A DNA stretch of 64,000 bases from an uncultured delta proteobacterium (GTDB taxonomy: Bacteria; Desulfobacterota; Desulfomonilia; UBA1062), in NCBI GenBank assembly GCA_963798485.1, contig CAWCTR010000030.1, positions 32,001-96,000 of the forward strand, given 5' to 3'. The position numbers and the translations under genes were made by a program. Positions 30,058-39,820 of this stretch are shown here, one piece after another. Within the stretch, counting starts at the first letter, position 1; every line of letters begins with the position of its first letter. The notes under the pieces are model-generated. The model made no database searches and had not been told where the DNA came from. It saw only the letters and a program-made list of their open reading frames with translations.

Positions 30058-31398
30058 CTAAAGCGGTATGTCCTTGAGCAGCCTGTTTGCAGGGGAACCT
30101 TCAACGACTCTGCTGAATTCCTTGAGGATTCCCTGTAACCCTTCATGTTCACCTTGCGGGGGCATGATCATGCAGGAAACGCCGTATCCCTCTAGCGCCT
30201 CAATGACTGAAGCCACGGTAATAGCGCCCGGGTCCCTGGCAGGCATGTAGATGGTTTTCTTATGAGCCGGCGAAGCCGCCTCAACAAGGATACCGGTTTC
30301 ACACAACTCATGAAGTATATCTTTTACGAGTACGACAGGCAGGCCAAGCTGATCGGCAATGTCGGAAGGGCCGGGCGCGGGTGATCCTGCGGCGAATCCT
30401 GCCACGACACGCTGCACGATGGTAAGGCTGATGAGCTTCTTTTGGGAGGGGTTTATCTTGTGCATGTCCGGTTCCATGGCGCATGCATGTGCATTCTGAT
30501 ATGCATACGACAGCTCGGCCCCGAACAGCACGATGAACCAGCTGAGCTGAAGCCATACAAGGAACAGCGGCAGGGCTGCAAAGCTGCCGTAGATGGCATT
30601 GTAATGGGCCACTCCGACCTGAAAGTAGATATAGATCCTCTGCACTACAACAAAGATAATCCCTGCCGCCAGTCCGGCCGTAAGGCATGAAGAAGTATTT
30701 ACCTTGGTATTGGGTATGAAGGCATACATGAAGGCAAGGAGTATCCATGTGATGCAATAGGGGATCAGTTTCATCAGGATAGTTATGAAGATGGTGAAGA
30801 TCCCTAACCCGAGGCTCTCTGTGATGGAGTGCATCTGCGTTATAACCAAGACCGTAGAGCTGCCGGAGATGATGATGAGGATAGGGGCGACAAGCATGAT
30901 TGCGAGGTAGTCGCTGACCTTCCTGCCCAACGACCTGTGCCTGGTCACACCCCAAATGGTATTAAAGGAATGCTCGATGTTTTCGAGCACCTTGATGACC
31001 GACCACAGGAGCACGATGATGCCGGCGCCGGCAAGCAGCCCGCCTTTTGTACTTTCCAGGAGACGGCGGGAAAACTCAATGACATACACCACTACCTCCT
31101 GGTGATCGGCCAGATCTTCCATGAGGCGCTGCTCCAGTAGTTTCCGGAAACCGAATCCCTTGGCAATGGCAAAGGCCACCGCAGCAATAGGGACAATGGA
31201 CATGAGGGTGAAGAAGGTGAGCGCAGATGACCGCAAGGCGCAATCATCAGCGGTATATTTTCTCAAGGTGATGGAAAGGACCCTTAGGGAGGCTATGAAA
31301 ACCCTTTTCATCCCCGGGAGGTCCTTAAGGGAGACTTCCCAGATGCCCTGCTTCAGGAGCGACCTGATGGCTTCAAGATTATCGACCTTGCCCTTCAT
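30058..31398 (-). CDS. YihY/BrkB family membrane protein with C-terminal winged-helix-like extension
   Basis: SALTFFTLMSIVP; IEHSFNTIWG; IYGSFAALPLFLVWLQLSWFIVLFGAE; ATG after GAGGAGGGG. Confidence 0.88.
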   Translation of the reverse strand: MKGKVDNLEAIRSLLKQGIWEVSLKDLPGMKRVFIASLRVLSITLRKYTADDCALRSSALTFFTLMSIVPIAAVAFAIAKGFGFRKLLEQRLMEDLADHQEVVVYVIEFSRRLLESTKGGLLAGAGIIVLLWSVIKVLENIEHSFNTIWGVTRHRSLGRKVSDYLAIMLVAPILIIISGSSTVLVITQMHSITESLGLGIFTIFITILMKLIPYCITWILLAFMYAFIPNTKVNTSSCLTAGLAAGIIFVVVQRIYIYFQVGVAHYNAIYGSFAALPLFLVWLQLSWFIVLFGAELSYAYQNAHACAMEPDMHKINPSQKKLISLTIVQRVVAGFAAGSPAPGPSDIADQLGLPVVLVKDILHELCETGILVEAASPAHKKTIYMPARDPGAITVASVIEALEGYGVSCMIMPPQGEHEGLQGILKEFSRVVEGSPANRLLKDIPL

Positions 31399-31534
31399 GG
31401 ATAATCCCCTCCTCACTACAGTCGAATGCACCCTTGAGTGCCTGACTTATACAACAAGGATGATGGAACTAAAAGGGGGAAGGCTGGTTATCAAGACCGG
31501 TCCTTCCCCCTCTTAATTTTATGTATGCGTTTGT

Positions 31535-32008
31535 TTAGGTGTTTACTCTGTCCTCTATGCACACCTCAATGGTGAAGTTGCCGTTGTCCGTTTCGAAGGG
31601 GACGGCAATGATCGGCTGCTTGGTAATGTGGGAGATTGCGTGGTTCTTACCGGTGATCACTGTCGGTATAGCGCCTTTGAGTGACCTTCCCATGGCTTCG
31701 AGTTTCTGCCGTGCCTGGCCGGATACGATGTTCAGGATCTCGCCTACAGCGTCTTTGACCTCATCGTTGATCTCCTTGATCTGTTCTCCGAACATATTGC
31801 CGACAATAGCAAGGATGCTTTCCTCGGAGAAGCTCACCGAAATAGTGCCCCTGGCCTCGCCGGAAAGCCCCACGATTCCGGATACATCTCCCTTTGCGAG
31901 AGAATCTCTTTTCAGATAGGGTTTACCGGCCGTTGCCTTCGTAAAGGCCAATGAGGATAATACATGCAGTGTTGCCTCTATGAACGGGTTGATGAGTTCT
32001 ACATCCAT
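31535..32008 (-). CDS. cheX: Chemotaxis phosphatase CheX
   Basis: INPFIEA; GDVSGIVGLSG; DAVGEILNIVSG (E-x2-N); IPTVITG. Confidence 0.9.
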   Translation of the reverse strand: MDVELINPFIEATLHVLSSLAFTKATAGKPYLKRDSLAKGDVSGIVGLSGEARGTISVSFSEESILAIVGNMFGEQIKEINDEVKDAVGEILNIVSGQARQKLEAMGRSLKGAIPTVITGKNHAISHITKQPIIAVPFETDNGNFTIEVCIEDRVNT

Positions 32009-32124
32009 ACGTACCTCCCACGATTATTGCATCACTCAATGCATTGTTCATGCTATCGGCAATTATTCTGGGAAAATGTAGAAAAAATTTAAATTTATGG
32101 GGGAAGTTTCCTTCATACAGGCTG

Positions 32125-32955
32125 TTACTCCTCGTGGAGTACGGTCTTGATGATGTAGCTGCCCGACTTTTCGTCCAGCTCCAGCTCCAGCAGGTGCCTG
32201 TCCCGCGCCTCTTCCAGGAGGCGGCTGAAAGACCTGAAGCCGTAGTAACTCTCGTTGAAGCCGGGTTTTCTGCGTCTGAGCGCCTGTTTGATCATAGATC
32301 CCCAGAGCTTGTCCTCCTCGCCGCGCTCATCGAACAGTGCCTCAACGGTCTCCACCACCAGTTCCAGGGCCTTGAGCTTCCTGTCCTCTTCGGCATTCTC
32401 CTTCTGCTCGGGTTTGACCAGGGCCTCATGGGACGGTTTCGCCGGGGGTTTCCTCGCCTTGCGGCGCTTGGCCTCGCTCTCACGGACCAGGTCGTCATAG
32501 AAGATGAACTCGTCGCAATTCGCTATAAGAAGCTCGGAAGAAGAGTTCTTCACCCCTACGCCGATGACGAGCTTGTTGTTTTCTCTCAGCTTGCTCACAA
32601 GCGGAGAAAAATCAGAGTCACCGCTGATGATTACAAAGCAATCTACATGGGATTTGGTGTAACAGAGGTCCAGCGCATCCACGACCATGCGTATGTCCGC
32701 CGAATTCTTGCCGGACTGCCTCAGGTGGGGGATCTCGATGAGCTCAAAGGATGCCTCGTGCATGACCGGCTTGTAGTCCTTGTAGCGCTCCCAGTCGCTG
32801 TAGGCCTTTTTCACGATGATGTTTCCCTTGAGCAGCAATCGCTCAAGGATCTTCTTCACGTCGAACTGGGCATATTTGGCGTCTCGAACGCCGAGCGCGA
32901 TATTCTCAAAATCACAGAACAATGCCATGTTCTGGGTCTTTTCCAGTACGGCCAT
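32125..32955 (-). CDS. NYN (PIN-like, LabA/DUF88) ribonuclease domain protein with C-terminal OST-HTH/LOTUS domain
   Basis: ALFCDFEN; GKNSADIRMVVDA; ISGDSDFSPL; PGFNESYYGFRSFSRLL. Confidence 0.88.
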   Translation of the reverse strand: MAVLEKTQNMALFCDFENIALGVRDAKYAQFDVKKILERLLLKGNIIVKKAYSDWERYKDYKPVMHEASFELIEIPHLRQSGKNSADIRMVVDALDLCYTKSHVDCFVIISGDSDFSPLVSKLRENNKLVIGVGVKNSSSELLIANCDEFIFYDDLVRESEAKRRKARKPPAKPSHEALVKPEQKENAEEDRKLKALELVVETVEALFDERGEEDKLWGSMIKQALRRRKPGFNESYYGFRSFSRLLEEARDRHLLELELDEKSGSYIIKTVLHEE

Positions 32956-33294
32956 CAATCGCTCCTTATGGGCAAGTGTACCCTTACCATTGTTAAATCG
33001 TTCATTCCATTTCCCCTGTATCCGCCTTCATATCCGGTCATGACGCGGTATCGCTTCATTCATCCTTTCTTTCTGCAAATGTGTCAAGGTGATAAATCGG
33101 AGGGTGTTTGGATTCAAAAGATTTTATAATGACATGGCCCGGCAAATTGGATGAAGCTGTTCTCATGTATTCGAAAACCCGTACATGTGGGGGAAGGCAC
33201 TGACCTTAAACAATCCACACTCTGAGCCCATCGGGGGATGAGTGATGATTATGGTAAGAAATCCTCAGTCTGGGCTAATCGTGATGTATGGCAC

Positions 33295-33747
33295 CCATTA
33301 AAAGGCCCCTGTCAATAAAAACATAGTTCACCATCGCACTTTTTTTTGCAGGTCTAACGTATAGCCAGCTGGGATCATGCCAACGATTCCCTTTCTGCGC
33401 CCTGTTTTTCATTATGCTCAGGTGACAGATTACAATCTGCACCAGGCACCCATCGGGTTTTAGACTGCACAGCGAGAGGATGAACCTAGATGAGTAGCCC
33501 TCTCAACCCGTACGCCCCTAACAGCATCTGCTGTCCCAGAAAAATATCGGTTCCTTGCCATGTTCAATTGTAAGTGACACGACAATAGGCTCTTCCGGCC
33601 ACACCTTAAAGACTCATGGCAAAGGCAGATCTGAACCATCGGAATTACCTCCACTGGATTCTTGTTTATAAGAGAGGGGTAAACGGCGGAGCAACCACGA
33701 AAATGGTTCTTAGCCACCAAACGTCTGGTCTCGCCGTTTTCCCCTGC
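33295..33747 (-). ncRNA. Putative bridge/seek RNA region of the IS110 element
   Basis: Structured non-coding end downstream of the transposase; contains ATGGGTGCC and TACTCATCTA, which match the element's own end junctions. Confidence 0.55.
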
Positions 33748-34773
33748 TCAGCAAAAGAGCATCTCTTCCTTGAACTCAACGCCATCTCTGAGCATATAGT
33801 AGCAGGCCCTGGCAAGCTTGCTTGCTATGGTCTTGATTGCCACCATCCTGTGAGTTTTCGAAGCCTTCCTTTTGTAGTAGCCGGCAATCTTCGGGGACTG
33901 CCTTAGGGAGATAAACGCCGCTTCAATAAATGCCCAAGCCAGATACCGGTTCCCATTCTTTGCATTGCCTTTGCCCTTGCTCTTCCCGTTCGAAAACCTC
34001 CCGGTAGGAACACAACGGCAGTAAGAGGAGAAGTCTCCCACCCTTGCAAACCGCGAAATATCTCCCACTTCCAGCATGATCGTCATGGCAAGGATGTCAC
34101 CGATCCCAGGAACCATGTGCAGTTTCTCAAAAGCATCCCTCGTCTTCACTTCTCTCTTTACCGTCTTCTCGATATTCCTGATGTTCTTCCCGAGAAAGGC
34201 TATGGTTTCAAGGCTCGTTGTACCAAGGAGAACTAAGTGCTCCTCCTTCAATATCCCTTTGATGTCTTCCGATTTAACCTTCCTCAGTGCATTCGCACTC
34301 ATGTGCACACCGGTGTTCCTCTCGATCATGGACTGCAGCGAGATGATATGGGCTGTTCTTTGCTTTACCAGGAATGATCTCTTCCTCAAGAGATCTCGAA
34401 CCGGTCGCTCTTCCCTGGGATAGATATATCCTTCAGGGAGAATGCCGAGAGACATCATCTGCGCAAGCCAGAAGGCATCATGTCGGTCATCCGCATACTT
34501 GAGCCCTTTGTACTGCTGTATCGCTGCAGGATTGGCAAGATGTACACAATCATACCCTGCCTCATTGAGCCCATCCACCAGCCAGTACCAGTTAAAGGTG
34601 CTTTCGACAGCTATCCCCCTGATCTCTTCACGGTAAGGGTTTAGGGTCCAAACGAGTTCTTCCAGGTTATTCTTTACACGCTTCTCGAAAACTCGCTTCA
34701 TTGTTCCCTTCTCGATCAGCCCTATGTACGTGTTCCCTGAATGGAGATCCAACCCGGCATACAGCTCACTCAT
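33748..34773 (-). CDS. IS110-family transposase/recombinase
   Basis: DEDD RuvC-like motifs GLDLH, VESTFNW, DDRHDA; PGIG; catalytic-serine region FSNGK; GNRYL; intact 341 aa with GGAGG SD. Confidence 0.93.
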   Translation of the reverse strand: MSELYAGLDLHSGNTYIGLIEKGTMKRVFEKRVKNNLEELVWTLNPYREEIRGIAVESTFNWYWLVDGLNEAGYDCVHLANPAAIQQYKGLKYADDRHDAFWLAQMMSLGILPEGYIYPREERPVRDLLRKRSFLVKQRTAHIISLQSMIERNTGVHMSANALRKVKSEDIKGILKEEHLVLLGTTSLETIAFLGKNIRNIEKTVKREVKTRDAFEKLHMVPGIGDILAMTIMLEVGDISRFARVGDFSSYCRCVPTGRFSNGKSKGKGNAKNGNRYLAWAFIEAAFISLRQSPKIAGYYKRKASKTHRMVAIKTIASKLARACYYMLRDGVEFKEEMLFC

Positions 34774-34915
34774 GACACACCTCCTCCTGAGTTATTGTCT
34801 GTATTATAGCCGTGCGATCTTGGCGAAAGTGCCTTTTAGATGATTATCACGTGATCTTCAGTCATGGATAACCAAACATTACCATAAGGATCATCAGAGG
34901 ATGTTACCATGAGGG

Positions 34916-37237
34916 TTAATGATTCTCCAATAAACTATCAAAGTATTCGGTATTCCTCAAGTTGTCCAGATCATGGTCTTTTTTCAGCAGATCCCAGTCA
35001 CTGAAACCTTTCTTTATAGCCTTATCCAGAAAATTTCTCGACTCTTTCAATCCATTCCGTCTGGAGTATATACATGCTAAATTATAATAGACCCCTGGGT
35101 TTTCAGGGGTTATGTTTAGTTCTTTCATCAAATAATCAATGCATCTATCGTATTGCCCCTTCATTGAATAATATACAGCCAAAGAGCTAAGTATCTTCAG
35201 ATCATGTGGATTGTATCTCAAGACATCTTCGAGCTTTGATATGGACGCATCAATCTTTGTCATCTGGGCCATTGCGAAAGCAAGGTTTCTTTGTGCAATG
35301 GTAAGGTCGGGTTTTATTTTCAGGGCCTCATTGTACTGCTTGACTGCCTCACCAACCTGATTAATTCCCATCAAGGAATAGCCGAGATTGTTGTGCACCA
35401 TAGCATGATCTCTATCATCAATGTCATTGCCCAAGAAATAATGCAGTAATGGATTCATCTGGCCTATCTTTAGACCGTCTGTGTAGACTTGAATTGCATC
35501 ATATGAGTTTCCTTGGGCGAGAAGGGTATTGCCGACATTGAGTTTTGCATTAATTGCTAATCTTACCTGCTGGGGACAAAGGGGATTTGGGTTCATTGCC
35601 TTAACATAATTTTTCGCAACTTCAAGATCACCAACCGATAAGGCAAACTTTGTGATGGTATCGGCCTGATATATGCCGACCTTATATACCGATTCTGCAA
35701 TGGTACGTGTATAATGAGATAAATCGGCCCTATTTGATAGAAAGATACATGCTGAAGGCCCATAGTAAACAGGCCTCCAATCTGGTGATGTAATGAAATA
35801 TTGGAATATTGGTTTTTTATAGGAGAGACACCATAGATCACATTTATTTTTATTTAAAAAAAGTTCAATATGTGTTTTATCCTGACTCCATTCGAATTCT
35901 ATGTATTCGGAATACCATCTCCTATAGGGGAAGTATCGTGCGTCAATAAATACTTTTTTTGAGGGCCATAATGACCAAAGTAAATAGGAGCCACAATAGT
36001 AATCATTGCCCATGAGCAGATCTGGAAAATTGGTTCGTATATAATTTGCTTCTGATACTGGGCTAATATAATCAGGGTTCAACCCAAAACCTGGTACGCA
36101 GAAAGATTCATATTGTGCTCTTACAACAATAAATAGCAAAAGAATCAAAGTAATACCATGGAGAACAAATTTCAGTGGCTTTTTAATCGATACTTCTGAA
36201 TCATCTTGAGAAATCTTTTTTATTAAATAAGTAGATGAAAATACGAAAATAACAGCCCAAAAATATGTTGCCCTCAAGTATTTAATGTAGATGATCAGGA
36301 ATAATGCATTTACCAACAGCAGTGCCCAATCAGTTCTATTTCGTCTTAATTGAGCAATCATGAGAATAATGAGTATTCCTAAAGAAACAATCATGTAATC
36401 TATGAAATGAGAATAGTATGCTACAGGGGAAAAGATAGAGAAATATTCAGATACATTTATCATGTGCCCTTTAAATTCTTCAGGATTAATAACAAGATTA
36501 TTTACTAACTGTATCGGGTATCTCCACCCATATGGTGTTATAAGAACAGCAAGACCACTTAATATTATCGATATGAATAAGTGTTTTCTGTCTTGGGGAT
36601 TGAGCTTTTCAGATGAACCGGTAGCTAAGTTGATTACTTCTCCAACAAGAACCAGTCCAAGAAATACTATCCCGAAAATAAACCCGCCATGAGAGTTTAC
36701 CCATAATAACATAAGTAGTGGGAAGAGATAGAAGAGATACCAGTTTTTATCGGGACGGGTCTTGATTCTGAACCATGTCCATACCATAATTGTCATCAAT
36801 AAAAATGAGAAAAGTTCGGCTTTTATACGAAGCCCCCCACGAGACATGAGTAAACCAGTCAGGCATATGAGAAACATCACTGGAAAGAAGCCAGAGTGAT
36901 ATTTTTTAGGATATGAAAAAACAAGCAAAATGAATACCATGATGAACAGATACCTGAGAGCATAAAGCATTTGCAGGCCTCCTGCCTTAAAAAGCAAATA
37001 AAAGAAGATCTCGGGTATCCAAGCACAATAGATCTGGGTATTGTCTGTGGGTGTCCAACTGAAGATAGAATGATCAGGTATTAATGTATGGTTTGCCAAA
37101 AAATATCGACCATAAGCGAGGTGAAACCAGATATCTCCATCATTTATAGGTTCAGCATATTTAAGAGCTATTGTGGCAAGCACTACAATAGCAAGAAAAA
37201 CAAGAAATAATAGGGTACTAAAACGATATCTTCTCAT
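34916..37237 (-). CDS. Polytopic membrane protein (GT-C-like) with C-terminal TPR repeats
   Basis: DGDIWFHLAYG after the first TM segment; LWVNSHGGF; GSYLLW; FIDAR; many TM segments; TPRs (HNNLG, YYNLAC); AT-rich; start uncertain. Confidence 0.7.
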   Translation of the reverse strand: MRRYRFSTLLFLVFLAIVVLATIALKYAEPINDGDIWFHLAYGRYFLANHTLIPDHSIFSWTPTDNTQIYCAWIPEIFFYLLFKAGGLQMLYALRYLFIMVFILLVFSYPKKYHSGFFPVMFLICLTGLLMSRGGLRIKAELFSFLLMTIMVWTWFRIKTRPDKNWYLFYLFPLLMLLWVNSHGGFIFGIVFLGLVLVGEVINLATGSSEKLNPQDRKHLFISIILSGLAVLITPYGWRYPIQLVNNLVINPEEFKGHMINVSEYFSIFSPVAYYSHFIDYMIVSLGILIILMIAQLRRNRTDWALLLVNALFLIIYIKYLRATYFWAVIFVFSSTYLIKKISQDDSEVSIKKPLKFVLHGITLILLLFIVVRAQYESFCVPGFGLNPDYISPVSEANYIRTNFPDLLMGNDYYCGSYLLWSLWPSKKVFIDARYFPYRRWYSEYIEFEWSQDKTHIELFLNKNKCDLWCLSYKKPIFQYFITSPDWRPVYYGPSACIFLSNRADLSHYTRTIAESVYKVGIYQADTITKFALSVGDLEVAKNYVKAMNPNPLCPQQVRLAINAKLNVGNTLLAQGNSYDAIQVYTDGLKIGQMNPLLHYFLGNDIDDRDHAMVHNNLGYSLMGINQVGEAVKQYNEALKIKPDLTIAQRNLAFAMAQMTKIDASISKLEDVLRYNPHDLKILSSLAVYYSMKGQYDRCIDYLMKELNITPENPGVYYNLACIYSRRNGLKESRNFLDKAIKKGFSDWDLLKKDHDLDNLRNTEYFDSLLENH

Positions 37238-37566
37238 CTTCAGCTTATAAAATAATATTGGAATATTAATGAGATATACTATTGATCCATTTTGTACAAT
37301 ATCGAATATTATGAAGTAGTGTAAAAACAATGTGACATATATTTAATGTCCCTTATTTTCTGGGTCTTTCTTTTATCTCAGCCCATATGACAGAACCGTT
37401 GATTCCTATGATAAATCGGCGCTTTCCAAAGACCCTAAAACCAATGATCTAGGTTTGAAACATATGAAGATTATCACTGCATGCCAGGGAAATAAGGGCT
37501 CAGGTCTTGCTTTTTGCCTAGGGGGAAGTTAGCGAATAACCACATAAGCTGACAACATGAGCTCAC

Positions 37567-38880
37567 CTATGATGGATCGACTATCCGTCCCATGAAAAGG
37601 ATCGAGTTGCTGATTCGATCACGAATGAAAAAGAGAAACGGTCGATCTATTGTTAAGGAAACTTGTACTGTCGGCGCTGATGTAGTACCCACGGTGACCC
37701 CTGTTGCAGCAGCAGCTTCGGTACCGGTTTCATCCACCTTGAGAAATGCCTTATGGTGTACATCATTAATAAAGAGGCTTGTAGGGTCGGTAATCCCTGA
37801 GAAGTCAGCTTTATCGGTAAATGCCGTCAGCATGCCCATAGTGGATAATATTTGTTTCAGACTGATCGAATCTCCGTCATAATTGAACTTCGGCATTGTG
37901 ATATCGACTTCTTCAGTATTTAAGTCCTCTATGATTGTGAGCCATTGTGAAAGACTGAACGCATTTTCAAAGCTCGTGAATTTCCCTGAGTCCGCAACGA
38001 TGATGACCATGGAAGCATTCCCGCCGTCATATGGCAGCTCAACAGCTTGGTAGCCATCACCGTGGCTATAGGGAATGTTCTCTGTCTGTGACATCATGGG
38101 CACATTTACCTGCACGTTATCCGCTCGAGTGAACATCCTACTTTGGGTAGCATTCGGATCAAAAGTACTGGCCCAAGCCGCCTTGAAATAAATGGCATTG
38201 ACCAAGACCAAACGAGTGTAACTATCGATAGAGCCTTGGGGAAGCAGGTTCTGGATTCTCCCATTTGTTTCATCATCGACCCACTTATTGATAACATTTT
38301 GGGAATCCTCTGGGGAATCTATGAAATCCAGTAGGTTCAACCCTGCTCCATAATCGACGGCCAGGATATCCAGAAAGTTTGAGAGGATCGAAAATCCATC
38401 CTGAGCCCATAGTGAATTGGCTACATTCAACTGGAATTGAGTATTAGCATTCTTCGCCCCCTTGCCAAGGTTTGCCAGGGAAAGATCCAGAGCGTCAAAT
38501 GCAGGGTGCAGGCGTCCATTCGGCAAGGTGAAATGCATGGTTCCCGCAATCTCGGATGCTGTTTCTCCTTCGGCCCCGGCATAGGTCATGGCAAGAGCCA
38601 GACTTATGCTGTATGGAGAGAAAAAGATGTTCCCGTTCAGTCCCTCCATCAGATTCTGATATAATTCGATAGCAAACGCACTGTTGTCATCCACTAATTC
38701 GGCTATGTCGCCTTGATCAACCGTCGGTGACAGGTTTCGTGCAAAGGCGGATTTGGCTTGTTTTTGCGTTTGCTCAGGCTTTATCGAATTGTTCCCTCCT
38801 CCTTCACAACAGGTAAGAAGAATATTTAATGAGAAAACAAGAATAAACAGGACTATCCTTATACACCTGATCTTATCCAT
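37567..38880 (-). CDS. Serpin (serine protease inhibitor), probably exported or a lipoprotein
   Basis: NIFFSPYSIS; LVLVNAIYFKAAW; hinge VDETGTEAAAATG; IDRPFLFFIRD...ILFMGRIVDP; N-terminal signal peptide with Cys. Confidence 0.95.
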   Translation of the reverse strand: MDKIRCIRIVLFILVFSLNILLTCCEGGGNNSIKPEQTQKQAKSAFARNLSPTVDQGDIAELVDDNSAFAIELYQNLMEGLNGNIFFSPYSISLALAMTYAGAEGETASEIAGTMHFTLPNGRLHPAFDALDLSLANLGKGAKNANTQFQLNVANSLWAQDGFSILSNFLDILAVDYGAGLNLLDFIDSPEDSQNVINKWVDDETNGRIQNLLPQGSIDSYTRLVLVNAIYFKAAWASTFDPNATQSRMFTRADNVQVNVPMMSQTENIPYSHGDGYQAVELPYDGGNASMVIIVADSGKFTSFENAFSLSQWLTIIEDLNTEEVDITMPKFNYDGDSISLKQILSTMGMLTAFTDKADFSGITDPTSLFINDVHHKAFLKVDETGTEAAAATGVTVGTTSAPTVQVSLTIDRPFLFFIRDRISNSILFMGRIVDPS

Positions 38881-38902
38881 AGATTGACTCCCTTAATAAT
38901 AT

Positions 38903-38918
38903 GGCAATGTGAATGCCA
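38903..38918 (-). promoter_or_regulatory. Possible sigma54 promoter of the serpin gene
   Basis: Minus strand TGGCATTCACATTGCC (GG-N10-GC), 22 nt upstream of the ATG; the leader would be very short. Confidence 0.35.
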
Positions 38919-39069
38919 TTGATCGAGTCATATTATATCAAGCGGTTATATCGTTAGACTTGATAGTATCTTATCACGGATCACCACGCAACGCTATCTT
39001 CTCTCACTACCGGCCGCTGCCTCTTCTTGACAAAGCAAGCCGTATGAAATAGTAGCATGATCTACTGTT

Positions 39070-39618
39070 ATGGATAAGGTAAAGGGTATTTATGACATAA
39101 AGCTCATCCCCGATACCATCGGGGAGGCGGGCATCGAGAAGGACTTCCGGGTGGAGCCCGGGGTCATGGCGGAGATCCTCGCAGATAAGGACCTCCAGGT
39201 GAATGAGCCCTTCCAGATCCATTATGAAGTATTCAGGCATCAAGAGAATATCCATGTAAGAGTGGATATCAAAGGCGTCCTCAGAACCACCTGCTCCCGC
39301 TGTCTTTGCCCCATGACACATATCGTAGACCTTCACCTGGACAGCGACTATATGCCTGCCCCTCCCGAGATGGAAGATGAGCACCTGGAGGCAGAGCGCG
39401 TCAGCGCGGATACGGGTTATTTCCGCAGGGAGATAAAGCTCGGCGAGTATATCATTTCAGAGCTTGTATTGTCTTTGCCCTTCATCTACAGCTGTTCCGA
39501 GAGTTGCAAGGGCCTGTGTCGGCAGTGTGGTGCAAACCTCAATGAGCGCCCATGTGCCTGTATGCAAAGCACGGACCCCAGGTTGCAGGTATTATCACAG
39601 CTTAAGAATAAACCCTAA
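39070..39618 (+). CDS. yceD: YceD/DUF177 family protein
   Basis: CSRCL and CSESCKGLCRQCGANLN...DPRL; upstream of rpmF. Confidence 0.88.
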   Translation: MDKVKGIYDIKLIPDTIGEAGIEKDFRVEPGVMAEILADKDLQVNEPFQIHYEVFRHQENIHVRVDIKGVLRTTCSRCLCPMTHIVDLHLDSDYMPAPPEMEDEHLEAERVSADTGYFRREIKLGEYIISELVLSLPFIYSCSESCKGLCRQCGANLNERPCACMQSTDPRLQVLSQLKNKP

Positions 39619-39634
39619 GAGATAGGAGTCAGCA

Positions 39635-39817
39635 ATGCCATTACCAAAGAGAAGACACTCGAGCACCAGGAGAGACAAGCGCAGGGCTAATGATGCCATA
39701 ACCCTTCCTGCAGCTTCCTTTTGCCCGAACTGCAATGAGCCGAAACCACCGCACAAGATCTGCCCAAGCTGCGGATACTACAAGGGCAGAGAGGTAATCA
39801 AGAACACCAAAGCTTAA
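39635..39817 (+). CDS. rpmF: 50S ribosomal protein L32
   Basis: MPLPKRRHSSTRRDKRR...CPNC...PHKICPSCGYYKG. Confidence 0.97.
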   Translation: MPLPKRRHSSTRRDKRRANDAITLPAASFCPNCNEPKPPHKICPSCGYYKGREVIKNTKA

Positions 39818-39820
39818 GTG

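Larger units (their letters stand above)
33292..34850 (-). mobile_element. IS110-family insertion sequence (IS1111-like layout), ~1.56 kb, core GTG present at both ends
   Basis: Sub-terminal imperfect inverted repeats CATCTAAAAGGC / GCCTTTTAATGG; short left end and ~450-nt right non-coding end; joining the ends gives TTGACA-17-GATAAT. Confidence 0.8.

Noticed and set aside
32044-33129. 361-aa plus-strand ORF
   Set aside because: Antisense shadow of the NYN-domain gene.
33460-33906. Short ORFs in the IS110 downstream end
   Set aside because: No recognisable motifs; better explained as structured non-coding RNA or antisense to the transposase.
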